Assembly: GCA_028023455.1 (NCBI GenBank)
Contig: JAQFVV010000001.1
Location: forward strand, 9,362,001-9,426,000
Origin: Epiperipatus broadwayi
Taxonomy: Eukaryota > Animalia > Onychophora
Direction: 5' to 3'
DNA length: 64,000 nt
The translations under genes were made by a program, and so were the position numbers. Of the stretch, positions 26,215 to 40,300 are shown one piece after another. The notes beneath the pieces are model-generated. The model had not been told where the DNA came from. It saw only the letters and a list, made by a program, of their open reading frames with translations, and did no database searches. Positions within the stretch are counted from its first letter, which is position 1. Each line of letters opens with the position of its first letter.

Positions 26215-26760
26215 GTGTCAAAGCATCAACCGGGAAGCGAACCCGCTAACCAGGGACCAAACTATCGTTGTTGAATAACTTTAGTAAAAAGAAAAAAAAA
26301 GGCTGTATTGTAACGTTATATGATAGTTTTATTTTAAGACAATATATATATATTTGCATATTATCTGTTGAGTCTTACACTTCTAATGCATGTTTATTTA
26401 ATTATATGTAATATTAAAATAAACAATAAATTTAACTAATATCTTTCGTATTTATTTTTTACTTAGTTTTTTTTATTTATTTTAGATCTTTAGTGCATAT
26501 CACTGACGTCACAATGAAATTATAAATGGTAGCAATAAATATTGATTTAACTGTGCTCATTTCATTCTACATACTCTCATAGTTTATCAATATTATAATA
26601 GAATAAATAAATATTAAACGATATTGTAACGTAATTAATAAAGACTGAAATGACGACCTTTTAAAAAATATATTTTATTTCTTTAAGAAAGTGATTTTTT
26701 TATCTACATACTTACTTTCTCTTACGCTTCATATCGAATAACTTTTTTTTTCTTTAAATA
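26215..26760. promoter_or_regulatory. CpG-retaining patch with a perfect CRE palindrome; possible promoter
   Basis: CpG cluster (CCGGGAAGCGAACCCGC at ~26230) and TGACGTCA at 26504-26511, in otherwise CpG-poor DNA. Confidence 0.3.
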
Positions 26761-29700
26761 CTAAAAGTTAAGTATTTTGTTTATTTGGCTTTTGTACAGA
26801 CAAATAATAACTAAAACAACATATACAACTGAGTAAGCTACACGTTTCTAAGAAAAGATGTAAAATATTTCTATATTTGAAAAGGTTGATAATAAACAGA
26901 ATGTTTACGACAACATTTTTACTTTTTTTTTAAAAAAAAAAAATTAAAAATACATATTTATCTATATAAGTAAGTTTATAGTTAACATGAATTTTTAAGT
27001 AAAATAAAAATATAAATACTTGTTATATTCTTAAAAAATCAGAAACAATCTGCAACTCTAGATATATTGATAATATATTTATAAAATATTTTCTTTTTTG
27101 ATTTCTATCTGCCTATTGTTTATATTGATTTTTAAATAAAAATAATAATTTAATGTAATTATTGGTACTTTATCTTTTATTTTCAATTTAAAAAATAATA
27201 AATAAAACTTTTTACACATATCGGTTCTTGGCATTGTGAACATTCTATCGATATAAATATAGTGAAATAAAAATAAACTTTTATTATTATGATTTTTTTC
27301 CGGTTATAAGAACGCAGATGTAGTACTTTATAATTATATGCTTAATTTATTAGAGGATCATGTGATATTCTACAAATCTAGAGATAACTTGTGCATTATA
27401 GTACCATTCAATTTATGGACCTGAACTTTTTTTTTATGTTATTCAGCTGATAATGAAGCATTTAACTTTTACTTAATATTTTACTACTATCCTAAATCTC
27501 TATATTTTAATATATATATTTTAGTTATACATATTTAAATATGTCATGGTTCAGACAGTTTATAAGTTTTCTTTCAGGTATCTGGCTCATAGCCAAAAAT
27601 CTAACTATCCAATATTGCTCCTTAGATGAATTTCTAATAATTCTTGTACCAACATTCACTACTTAAAAATTGTAATGCATTTGTATCATGTCTTTTTTTT
27701 ATTTTCCTTTTGGTGGTTTGTGGAGTACTCTTTTCCAAACCATAGGCTATTTGAATACTGAATATGTCTGCATGCATAATCTTTAAACCACATATAATTT
27801 TTTTTTAGTAAATAATATTATTTTAAAAAATGTAGAATCTTTTCAAAAGTATGCTTTAAGCAGATTTAGAAAATATATTCCTAAGAGCAAATTCTGGAAA
27901 AATTATAATAATATTAAAATTTAGCTTAAAAGCATATGCAAATTTTACTAACATTTGAAATTATAAATATTATAGACGAACCATTTATCAGTATAGCTAT
28001 ATGTGCAGTCTAAAATCAACCTATGATTAACTTCATATAAAAAATATACAGTTGAAAAGTTATCTGATTAATAATGTTGACAGAATATTTTATTTTATAA
28101 TGACTTCTTAATTGACTTGGAATCTCTACAAATACATAAAGTTATAGACTTAGAGAATCATAATTTAATTAAATAAATAGATTATAATATATTAAGCTTA
28201 ATATAATAAAGAATTTGATGAGATATTGACATTGTCATATCATAAAAATAAAATTAGGTTATACAGAAGTGCATATGATTTATTTGCTTTAATTGCATAT
28301 ATGGGCAATGCCATATTTTGAATTGAAAAAAAAAATGTTTTTTTAGCTCCCAGTTAATTCAGTGGAAAGCATGAGACTCTTTAAAAAAATGTTTTTTTTA
28401 TTAAAACCTAATGTTTTGAAATTTAGACCCTGACACAGGTGATAAATATGCATTATTACTTGTTATGCATGTAATAACTAATATAAATATTATGGAAAAA
28501 TATTTTAACTTGATATGTGCAAAAATGAAGATTCCAACACATACGTAAACATCAAATAGACCTATTTTTAAATCAGTGAGTTAACAATTACAAAATTATA
28601 AATAAATTATGAAATGTTTAAATTAAAAGATTTTCTCCATGTAGAAGCATAGGGTAAAAGACAGTATAAATTGAATGATTTTAAAATGTTGAAATAAATA
28701 AATATAATTGGAAAAAAAAGCAGTGATAAAATTTGTGGATAGACTCTGTATAAAATTAGCATCTGCAGACAATTAGTAAATTTCATTATAAAATTAAATT
28801 TATTTTAGTAATATAATTTTGTAAAGGTTTAACTTTGTAAAGCTAAAGGAATAAGAATTTTTTTGGTGTATATTTGTTTTTTATGTTATTGTTTTTTGGA
28901 TTTGCTAATAACAATTGAATGGATAAAATGACAAGATAAATAATTCTGGTCAAATTTGCAAACAGATTGTGATCAACTTATGAAACATGATGCAATAAAT
29001 TGCCATGTGAGCTAATATTTAATTATAAAAAAGACAAACATATTTTTAAGACATTTATCTTATAGTTCTCAGCACTTCATCTAGCTTTCAATAACTTTTC
29101 ATTGGGATATCAATAAAGAAATCAGTTACTGCATATCAAATGAATAACCATTTACAATGCCAATCTTAGAGAAGTTTACATTTACCAGTGTCAGAATTAG
29201 AAAAGGTATTATTAAATCAGAAGCAGTCTACCTGTGACACACATAACAAATGTAACTGTGGAATTAAAATGTGAACCCCAGAGCTTGATTAACAAAAAAT
29301 AGCCTAGATATTCATAAAGTATTATTATAATTAAGACCTATTTTTAACTACTACTTAGAAAATAAGTAACAAAAATTTAAATGTAATAAAATCATATTTA
29401 AAAAAAAGTTTCATATTTATTCTGTAAGTAGACATTTGACACTTATCTAAACTACAGATGATTAATCTAAAGCAAATCCATAATTGATTGCCTTTTGTAA
29501 GCTTTTCAGTTTAAAATTATTTTCATCATAAAAATGACAAAAAATTAAATAAGGTCACACTAAGTTATTCAAATTTAAAAAGTATTCTTATTTATTTACA
29601 AAATTAATTCCAAACATTAAAAGTCTGGTAAAAGTAAAACAAACTTTGAAGTCTCATTAAAATAAGCAATATTTAATTTTTTTAAAATTATAATACATTA

Positions 29701-29934
29701 TTATACTACATAAAAAGATGATAAAAGTTATCTATCTATGGGATGGTATTTAACCAAAAAAAAAAAATGGAGTAGTAATGCAAAAATTATTTTGTGTTAT
29801 AATGTTTATTATACTTACTCATGATATGATTTTGGTTGAATAGAATAAATCTATACATACTCAGTACATTCTACTTTCTTTTTAATAATATTTATAACTT
29901 ATTTTATTCATTAAGTTAATGAAACAGGTTGCAA

Positions 29935-30016
29935 AGTAAGAGTGGATATATATATATATATATAATTCCTGTATGTATAGTAAGAGTGGATATATATATA
30001 TATATAATTCCTGTAT
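29935..30016. repeat. Direct duplication of a short unit containing (TA)n
   Basis: AGTAAGAGTGGA-(TA)n-ATTCCTGTAT occurs at 29935 and again at 29979. Confidence 0.85.
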
Positions 30017-30157
30017 TATATGTAAGTAATTTACAATCATTTCTTATCTTGTAATGTCAATATATTATTTCTACTTGATTAATGACTTGTCAATAAAATT
30101 TTATTTTATGTACACTTAGTTAATAATATTTTTATTCATATTAAGAAGACTGTTTTT

Positions 30158-30890
30158 TATGAGGCTCCTCGTAGACATCTGACGTCACTCTAACTCAGCC
30201 GATTCTTATGCTAAAAAATTCGTTCGATACGTTTTGAAGAGGTTTTTAAAAGTTCTGTAAGATGGTGACCTCTTCCGACTTATTTTACAAGTAAAAAATA
30301 AAAAAAAACGCATTTAAACCTAAACAAAGAAAGAACATTATTTGTGATTGGTTCTTAGCAAGCTCTCAGCTGAAAAAGACATTCTGATTGGCTGGAAAGA
30401 ACAAAGAAACCGCCTGATCAAAGAAAATAAAGAAAAACGCTGAGATTTTCATTTCGAATCCAATTTTAAGTATTATAAAATTATATTTATGGAAATTAAA
30501 AATTATTTTCAGAGAGAATAATAAAAAAACAAAATTATTTTCGAAAAATATTGAAGATTTTAGTAAAAATGTTGAAGATGTAGTAAAAAGAAATATTTAC
30601 TTTTCTATAACGTAAAAGTCGATCTTTTTGTTTATATTATAGCTTTTATGTTGCCGAAATTGAATATTTTAGAATAAATAAATAGCAATTTATTTTTGAA
30701 AGAACTTTCGTTCTCTTCATAACCTGAAAAATTAATAATATACTTTTTATAAACGTATCTGAGTTGAATTTAATATTATAGGTGAATATGTTTTAACAAT
30801 AGGCTTTGTCTTCAGTTTGTGAGTTGGCCAATTAAAAGATATGATTTTTACCTCATACAACCAATAATATAATTAGCGGTTAAAAGGTTA
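30158..30890 (+). repeat. Unclassified ~700-bp interspersed repeat, copy 2
   Basis: Homologous to 22195-22900. It carries TGACGTCA (30180-87) and reverse CCAAT boxes (e.g. CTGATTGGCTG at 30384-94). Confidence 0.8.
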
Positions 30891-31463
30891 ACATATCTGT
30901 AATAGAAATTCATTACTATGATTACGATTAGTTTAAAGAACCAACTGTAGCAGAAAACCTTGAAGTCGTAAATGGAAAAGGTTTTAACTTGTTTTAAGAA
31001 TAAAAGCTATGTTTTACTAAATAAATTCTTTATAAAGATTTACTCTATGTTTACACAAAAAGTTTTAATTATATAAACATCACTATTGATGTAATTTCTA
31101 ATTAAATATGCTTTCAGAATAAGATATATTGATCTGTTTAATGAGTTTCATTTAAACTTATTTGAATTAATAATTTCACTGTCTCTTAACTAAGAGATAC
31201 AAGCATCACATAAATAAATATTTTCTTAGTAATCTAGATATTACAGCTCAATTCAATTCAACATAATATTGTAATCACATAAACCTCATGACAATATATT
31301 TTATAATCGATCTCTCCCACCATTGTGAATACTCATTCAAACACATATTTATAATTATAGTTCATGCCTAGACATATGAATATAAAACAAACTAAGTCTA
31401 TGTATCTTAAGCATTGTTATATACTTGTTCAATTGAGATTGACAATAATACAATATTCATATT

Positions 31464-31575
31464 ATTTTTTCATATGTCATCATATGGGCAGGAAGGCGAA
31501 CCCACAACAACCGTCTGCAACCAACTGCTTGCTTGAAAGGTGGCTGCACTGACCTCTCGGCTATCAACGCTTGAC
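31464..31575 (-). mobile_element. tRNA-Leu(CAA)-like SINE / tRNA retrocopy, copy 1
   Basis: Sense sequence starts GTCA, has an A-box-like TAGCCGAGAGGTC, TTCAAG and a B-box-like GTGGGTTCG, and ends TGACA plus a short A tail. Perfect 15-bp TSD TACAATATTCATATT (31449-63 / 31576-90). Confidence 0.9.
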
Positions 31576-31692
31576 TACAATATTCATATTTAGATATAAG
31601 TTTGCACAGGATTTATCCATATGACATTTTTATTCAACTGTTGTTGCAACCCTCAATTTGGAAATAATAATAAAAAATTTCTTATTAAGTAT

Positions 31693-32163
31693 TAGTCCAG
31701 GTGGTGAAATTTTAGTCTTTATTATTTATGATTCTTCATGATTAGGAAATATTTGATAGTAAGTTTTATTTAATTCATTAAGTAAATTTAATTCTCAAAA
31801 ATTTAAAGAATCATTGTTAACAGTTTAAATAACAACTCCACTTTCCGTATTAATGCCAATTTATTTTTGTGACAAAAGATGGACATTTTTAAAGCATAAG
31901 TAAATCAGTGATAATTAAAAGTTAATAAAGAATGTAATAGTATTTATAAACATGCTCTAGAGATCTTCAATAACTTATCTTTGAAAATTAAATTTACTTA
32001 ATTAATTAAGTAATATATATTAAGGCTATAACTTTAAGACTATGCGCTTTATAAATTATTAATTACAACTTTAATTAATTAAATAAAATGTACTATCAAA
32101 TATTTAGCAATCATAGATAATCATAATGATTTTAATTTAAACTAAAATTCACCACCCGAATAA
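31693..32163. mobile_element. MITE with long diverged terminal inverted repeats (Tc1/mariner-like TA ends)
   Basis: GGTGGTGAAATTTTAGT...AAATATTTGATAGTA..TTTTATTTAATT (from 31700) pairs with AATTAAATAAAATGTACTATCAAATATTT...ACTAAAATTCCACCACC (to 32157). Confidence 0.7.
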
Positions 32164-32499
32164 GAAAGTAATATGTAAGTACCTTTTTTCCTTTTGTGTT
32201 AAAACATATTTCTTTACGTCATTGAAATATAAAGCAATCTAACTGCTAATTTAAAAAGTCTTTATTTAGTTTCCTCTCTCCTTAATTTTAATATTAATTA
32301 AAACAGGATATCTAGCTTTTCCTTAGAATTAATTATTTTAAAAATCACTTAGAACAAAAACTACTTTTTTTTATTCTAATGTATTTTTATTTTATTTTCT
32401 AAAATTAATATTTATAAAGTATAATAAAAAAATAAATCATTGCATAAAATTAAGACTATTACATAAAGACACTTTGATATTATTCCTCCTATAAAGTAT

Positions 32500-32654
32500 T
32501 ATTACTCCGGTGATGTATTATTCTAAGTTTGTGATATGTTTAAAGTAATGCTTCCAAAAAATGTGTGGATAGACTTGATCGATAAAATTTGTCTGCAGGA
32601 AGCATTATTTTAAAGATATCGCAAACTTAAAATAATATATCATCGGGAGTAATA
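32500..32654. repeat. Palindromic MITE-like element, ~55-bp arms
   Basis: 32500-32555 (TATTACTCCGGTGATG...GTAATGCTTCC) pairs with 32598-32654 (GGAAGCATTA...CATCGGGAGTAATA), with about 6 mismatches and 1 indel and TA at both ends. Confidence 0.8.
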
Positions 32655-34324
32655 CGTCATACCACGTGAAGTATGAAAATTCAAATCTAAAAAAAAAAAA
32701 AATGAAGAAATATATTCGGTATGAAGAAAAGAAAAAAACACATTGTGATACTAAATAAGAACAGGTAGTTTTGATATTTTAATATGACACTTTTTGTGAA
32801 TTTTTTATTATGACACTTCGTCTTATCAAAGCCTTCCTTCCCCCTCCTGGCATAATGCAGCACTTTGTGCCATTATAAGCACCCAGCACATATAATATCA
32901 AACTTCAAATCTAAAAAAAAAAAAAAAACATCTTATTTCCAATTATGGAGCGATATATTCATTATGGAAAAAGGAGGAATATAAAAAGTGACCCTGAACC
33001 TTTTTTAAATGGCGAGCTGTAACACAGTTTTACCTGAAAGCTTAAAGTTATATTTTAAAGATTTTTAAAAGAAAAAACATATATAAAGATTTAGCAAAAA
33101 AAAAAAAAAGAAGAAAGAAACACACACATATAAGGTTTTAGCTGTAAATGTATACGTGTATTTTTTAATTACATAATGAATGTATATTTTAAAATGTAAG
33201 ACCGCATTACTTACAAATGGTGCGAAAATGTATTATATTGTAAAGAATAAAATAAGTCATTGTGGCAGATTAAATAATTTAATATCTTCTAAAATAAAAA
33301 GGGTCAGTATTTTTTTTTGAGATGGATTAGTCATGCCAGAATATTTAGTAACCATGGCATCATAAACGAAAACTTTGAATAAGTATTATCGAACACAAAC
33401 GTCACTAGAGAAACACATCATAGCAAGAATAATACTAAAGCACCCAATATTTGCATGATTGACTTGAGAAATGTAGTGAGAGACCATTTTATAATTCTTT
33501 TAGAGCGTTTTATAGTTCAAAATAAGCATAAATACATTTACTTTATATGTTTGGGCCCCTTAAATATATAACTATGTAGTTATTTTTGCTAGCATATTTT
33601 TTTCTCATTTTGAGTAATGATGAAGATTCAGGTTATCTAGGATTAAATCAAGTTCACTTTCACGTTTTACTGCAATCATCAAAGAGAATTTTAATTAAAT
33701 CACTTTTTGGAAGTCATGATTATTTATAGCATTCTATGGGTGGAAAATTGACTTTATCTCTTCATTTTATAAATTACTGGCACTTAGAATCTGTTTCATG
33801 TTTCTTCTCAGAAAATTCAGGGTGGTGAAACTTTTGCTGTATTCTTCTAGGTATAGTAACATAGAAAAGCAATAGAATGGTATACTAACTTTTCAAGCTT
33901 ATTTATACTCTTTTACCAAGTTTTCTTGAAATTAGAATTTCATTATCTTTGGGGATTAACTTGTATTTGTGTTGATTAGTACAAATAAATATAAAAGCTT
34001 TTTTCTCTTTAAGCAATCATACCAAAGTCATTAAAAAAAATTTATAATTAATTTAGAATAATTATAGGATTTTAATTTAACTGAAAACATTTTTTCCCAT
34101 TAATAATAAAATAGTTTATTTCTCTAAAATTTTGATCTAAGCAATTTATTTTTAGTTTATTCTCTTTTAATAATACTACCAGCAAAGAATTATTTTACCT
34201 TCATTTTTTTGCATAAAAATATTCTTAATTAATTCTCTAGATGGCATCCATTGGTTATCTGAGCCTTACATCATATCATTTCAAAACATTATATTATATA
34301 CTTTTTATGGAATTTTTTTAATAT

Positions 34325-37300
34325 CAGTGGAGTAAACACTTAAGGTAATCATTGTTTTTTTATATTGTTTTATTTGGAAAAATGAGCAAGATACTTAATT
34401 TACAAGAAGATAAAAGTGTTAAGTCTAAGACAGCTATGGCTTCTCATAGGAATATCAATGTTGAAGAGGAACCCAATATTTCTGAAAATATTTTGCACCA
34501 AATGAATAGCAAAGACACATTAACTGAATCAAAATGAAATAATGCTACTCAGGATATCATAAAAAATAAAAACAAATTTTAAAAAAGCATCAAAAGCCAA
34601 AAAGGAACGAAACCTGTTTCAAAGAAAATTAACGTTACACAATTGCAAAAGTTCACTACCATCGTACCAACTGTAACATCTGAAAATACTAAAAGAAATT
34701 CCAAAACTCTACAAAACAGGTCAATCCCAATTTTAACCAAACAAAATGATTCTACATGTCAAAATGTAGTTATAAAACGCCTGCCTCAAAAAGATGAGCC
34801 ATGGAAAAAAAATAAAAGCCCAAAAACCGATGCTACTATAAAACACAGATGGGGCTAAACAGGAACCTGCTCATCAATGTAAAAATGTGCTCTACGATAA
34901 AAATAATAATATAAACCCAATTGCAAAGCAAATTTATGATAACACAAATATTGAAATAACTTCCAAACCTAAATCCAGTCTTCCTATCCCACTACAGCAA
35001 ATTTCTGATAAAAATCTAAGCTCTAAATTGTTCCATGACAATTGTAAAAACAGCAATTTTACAGAAAATTCTAATATTCCATGTATTAAATGGGGTGAAC
35101 AAAAAACATAGATATTGAATTTTCAAGCTTAATTTCTAGCTCAAATACTATAAGTACACATTGCATTACTTCGTCCACAGCTCATCAAACATATTCTTCC
35201 ATTGTTCAGAGGCAAAATACAATAAACACTGTCAATTACCAAAAGTGACAAAGCTATGCTTCAGCACTGGGGAAAACTAATATTAATATACAAAGCTCTA
35301 ACACAGATGAACAGTATGCTAAACATTTTATATCTGACTCTGATGATAAGGATAACTTAGTGTTACTACCAATGATCGACTTCCAAATATTAATAACAAT
35401 TCTATAAATTTGGATAAGTACCAAGCCATTAATCAGGTGTTCGATTCTAGAATTCCTCCTATACTTTACAACTCGTTTTTGAATTATAACAATGATCTAA
35501 CTTTAAGGACTAAGAACTACTGATGAGGATTGTAATTTATACACCGTCCCTATTGATGATTTATTTGAATTCTTAAAGAATCATCACCTAGAGGATTCCA
35601 TTAAAAGAGTTTATCACCACCCTAACAAGAGATATTTCATCATTGAATTTCACAACTTAATGCAAAAAGAAATATTTAAAAGAAGCCAAATAGTTTTGAA
35701 ACAAAGATACTTGGTAAAAATTGATATGAATAGACCAACAATGACTAAGAACTACTGATGAGGATTGTAATTTATACACCGTCCCTATTGATGATTTATT
35801 TGAACTCTTAAAGAATCATCACCTAGAGGATTCCATTAAAAGAGTTTATCATCACCCTAACAAGAGATATTTCATCATTGAATTTCACAACTTAATGCAA
35901 AAAGAAATATTTAAAAGAAGCCAAATAGTTTTGAAACAAAGATACTTGGTAAAAATTGATATGAATAGACCAACAATGGTATATGGTCTGGCCAGAAATT
36001 GTTATTTTAACTTTGCTGACATGGATCTACAAAGACTATTGGCTAAATATGGCACAATAACTCAATTCAGATATCTATCAGAAAAGAGAGCAGGCAGCTG
36101 CTTTCACACTAAAACTGAATACAGGTGTATCTCCACTCGATATCCCCTCCACCTTAGAACAAAACAAATGCCCCATTTATATTTCCATCAGGGGAGTCCA
36201 GCCTCAATACTTTCATTGCCGTGAGAGAACTCACCTTGCTAAGACATGTCCCAAAAAAATCTGTCAAAACTGTAACACAAGGAAAACTAAAACACACCAA
36301 TGCTCCTCAACTATAACAAAAGTAAATCAACATCAACCACTAGTTGCTGGAGAAACTTATACTATGTCTTTTCAGACTGAAGAATTAAATACGACTCAAA
36401 TGCAATTAAACCAACAACAAACATAATCTGAGGATTGAATGGAAATTCAGTATAATACTACTAATACAATGCATGAAATCTCTCAAACAATGCATCCACT
36501 GCCAGATAGCAATCTAAAAATTACTCAGGACAGTGATGAAAATATACCTCAGCTTAAAACTCCAACATTGAGTCATGCATCCACCAAGACCCAGTATATA
36601 CACAAAAAGATATTCAACCAATAAATAATAGTATGAAAAGGAAGATAATTGACTCATCTGGCTCTCAGCCTGAAGAGACAAATAACATATCTATAGACTC
36701 AAATTCAGATCAAAATGTTGACCATCAATCAAGCAGCATACTTATTAATCTTAAAAGGAAAAATGACAAAAAAGATCAAAAACAGTCAGCTCCAAATCAT
36801 ATACAATTATACAACAGCCTCATGAAACAATAACAAGCAACTGTAATGATTTCTCATCCATAACAACTCGAAGTAAAATGCTTCAAACCTTAAATACAAG
36901 GCAATTCTCATTGCCTGAACTTCTGCAATCCTGGTCTAGTGCTTGAACTGAATTCTATTGAACAAATTACATTAGCAGATGAGTCTTTCTTGAGCATTGG
37001 TTCTTCTTTATATAATGCTGATTAAGATTGGTGGAGTCAATGTCAGGAGTCTCAACTCCATTGACTGTGCTCTGGCCATCAAGCGATGGTTAGATAGCAT
37101 TAATTTACACATAGTGTGGCTCTCCGAGACCAAACTCCAACTCTGATCTAACTATAAAATATCTCAGGTACTAAACCAATATGGCATCTTCCAGTACTTT
37201 CCATATAACACAGCATCCTCTGGGGTAGCTTTTCTCATTAGTAAAAAAATAGCCTATGACAAATGTAGAACATTTTATCTAAGTAAAGAGCTTTTAATCT

Positions 37301-40300
37301 TAAACTTAACAATAGATAACACTCCATTAACAATCATTTATCTATATATCAACAATAATCCTAATGTTGTACTGTCAATCATCAATCAAATTAATGCTAT
37401 ACTAACCTCTTTTACATATCCAGTCATTTTAATTGGTGACTTCAATATGTGCTACCAAAACTTCAATTTCAAGTACCTGCATCTTTTAAACAGAGTATTC
37501 TTGTGTGGAGAAGGGTGCTTTCCACCCAACTCATTTTCCTTTTATACAATCCATAAGAGAATACTTATTGATTTACTATATTATATGCCAGATTTGCATT
37601 ATGATCTGGAAGCTAATCTTCAGCTTGTGCCCTTTTCTGACCATTTGGTTTTGGTGATATTGCTTCACTTGGATCTCACAGCCCCACCACCTAATCAACA
37701 CACTCAAACTATCAGATTGTTAAACAAAGCAGATTCATCTGAGGCCATCTTCTCAGAGGTCTACATTCTCTTCAACAAAATTCGAATACTCTCTCTTCCC
37801 CTGCTCCAAGCTTGGTCTACCTTTGTAGGAATCCTGAGCTCTATAATCAATACCTACACAAGAAAGACCAAGGGCCCCAACCAACTTCTTAGGGTGCTTG
37901 AAAATCTTGGTTGCAGGGTGTCAGAATTATCATCCACTAAAGCCAATATCACAGACATCATGGATCTTAAGAATCAATACCATTAAAAACAGAGGGTACT
38001 TGCAAAAAGAACAAAAATTTTCCTTGTGAACCAGCACAATTGGACCTGTAGCTACATTAGATGGGCTATTGGTGCCTCCAAATGGCCCCACATCATCCAT
38101 GATGACAATAGATCACTGTGATTATGGAGGTTCTGCTATGCTAATGAAAATACATGAGTTTTTCAAGACCAAGTTACAGAGTGTTAATTTTAAAATAGGA
38201 GAACCTGGAGCAACACAACTGAAACTGAAGATCACGACATAACTGAAGCACTCATATTACAGAAATTACTTGCTTATTCAGAAAACACCCACCCAGGATT
38301 ACATGGAATCCATCACTTTGTCCTTGTCCATCTAAGCTATTTTACTGTCCCTATCCTTTGGTGGCTTATTAACATACTAGCTGGGGACTTTCAGAGCATA
38401 CCAGATCCAGATCTCTATCCCATAGCACTAGTTCCATTTATGAAAAAACACATTAATCCCTCCAGTCTCTCCAATATATGTCCAATTTCTATGGCTCCTT
38501 TACTTATTAAAACTATTGAGGCCATTATCAAAGATAAAATACAAGAACATTTATTTACACAAATTTCAGCTTCTCAATTTGAACGCAAGGGATCCTTGAC
38601 CACTGTAGCAGTCTGACATTTCATGTTGCTTGTAGAACATGTCAGACAGCATAGGAAGGCTATGCTAATAGCAGTCCAATTGGATTTTTGCATCAGTTTT
38701 TTGACTCGGTTGTGCCATCTACCCTGCTACAAACCCTCAGTGATTATTCAGTCCCACAGGTGTATATAAGAATTATTGGTAATCTTATACACAATCGGTC
38801 AATTTTTACTTCCATTGATGGATGTCTGGCTCCTGGATTCAGACCCCATCTATCCATTCCACAAGGCTCATCACCCAGCGCCCTTTATTTTGTGACTTAT
38901 ATCGATCCATTACTAAAACAAATTGAATGAGGTTTACCTGGGATATTTGTGCTTGTGCTGAATCAAGAAGTTCACCACATCTCATATGTAGATGATGTCA
39001 CTGTCTTCCTTCCCTCCAGCAGGCATATACCCCACTTAGAGCAGATCCTTGAAATGTATGCTTCCAATTTTAACCTTGTTATTAATTACTCAAAGTCATC
39101 AATATGGAAAATAAATAAGGGATCTATCATACTGTCTGTTTTCACTTCCAAGCCTCAAAATTTTTTAGGCTTTCCAATTTCTCTGTCCAAAACAGCTATG
39201 AAAAAACAAATACAGGAATCCATCCTAGATAAAACAAGACATATAGTTAAATCTCTATCTTCAGTCTCTTTATCGCTCCCAGGCAAAGTAAAACTCCTTA
39301 ACACGCTGATATTTCCTAGAATAAACTATTTTCTACCAATAATAAAACCCACAAAAAATTTTCAATCCAAAATTAATTCTGTTTGCTCCAAATTATTCTA
39401 GAATGGCAGGGTTGTAGCTATCAGTATGGCTAAAATGCAAGGACCCACAGAACTAGGCAGTCTTGGATTACACTCTATATCTACATTTTATGTGCAGAAA
39501 TCGATTGGTCTGCTGAGAGCAATTTGTCTGGACATACCATGTAACAACACTGACTTTTCAATTGATCCTACAGACACTCACCCACCTTCTAAAAGCAAAT
39601 GGATTACTGATATTAGCTGTTATGTTAACTGCCTCATTACTATCTCAAAGCAAACCTTTCAAAATAGAAAATCATACTGGGAGGTGTAATGTATAAAATG
39701 ATATATCCAAACCAACTGCTGTTACAGTCAGAATTAGATCTAAACACTAGACAAATCATCAAAAGGTCCAGAAATTGGATATTTGAGCCTAAATATATAT
39801 ATACTTCTTCATCAAGTTTAACCTCTCTGCCTTACCTACCAATCACTTTCTAGTGTGGAGAAGAGGCTTTACAAGAATTGAGCCTCTATAGAAATTATGG
39901 CAAACAGATAATGAAACTTTACATCATCTGTTCTATAACTGTCCTTTTCTTACTCAACTGCAATCCCTAATTTTAAGCAATGTGTCTTCTGATATAAGGG
40001 ATGCCTTATCAATCAAGAGAGCCATCAAAAATGGCACTTACTCCATCATCAGACTTGCAATTTTCTTACTATTTTCACTTTGGCTCACAAGGTGTAAAAT
40101 TCTTTTCACCAATATCAACCACAATATTTTTCAGATCTACGTGGAAATAATTACCAAGATTAGGGACAGAGACAAGTTACTATCACCTCATCTTTTGTTT
40201 ACAGAGACCTGGTCTAATTTCACACTGTAAACAAGGGATGGTTCACCTGATGCTTGATCCAGAGTTCTCTCTGATTCAAGTCTATGTTTTCTAAATAATG

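Noticed and set aside
31464-31575. Functional tRNA gene (also 56049-56160)
   Set aside because: The cloverleaf arms are disrupted, the two copies differ at many sites, and both have A tails with TSDs, indicating retroposition.
35520-35762. CTGATGAG at 35520 and 35755 (also ~11342) as hammerhead cores
   Set aside because: No stem II followed by GAAA; they lie within TE coding remnants.
35508-35978. CRISPR-like or LTR-like direct repeats
   Set aside because: It is a simple head-to-tail duplication with no spacers or intervening sequence; no repeat-spacer array exists anywhere in the window.
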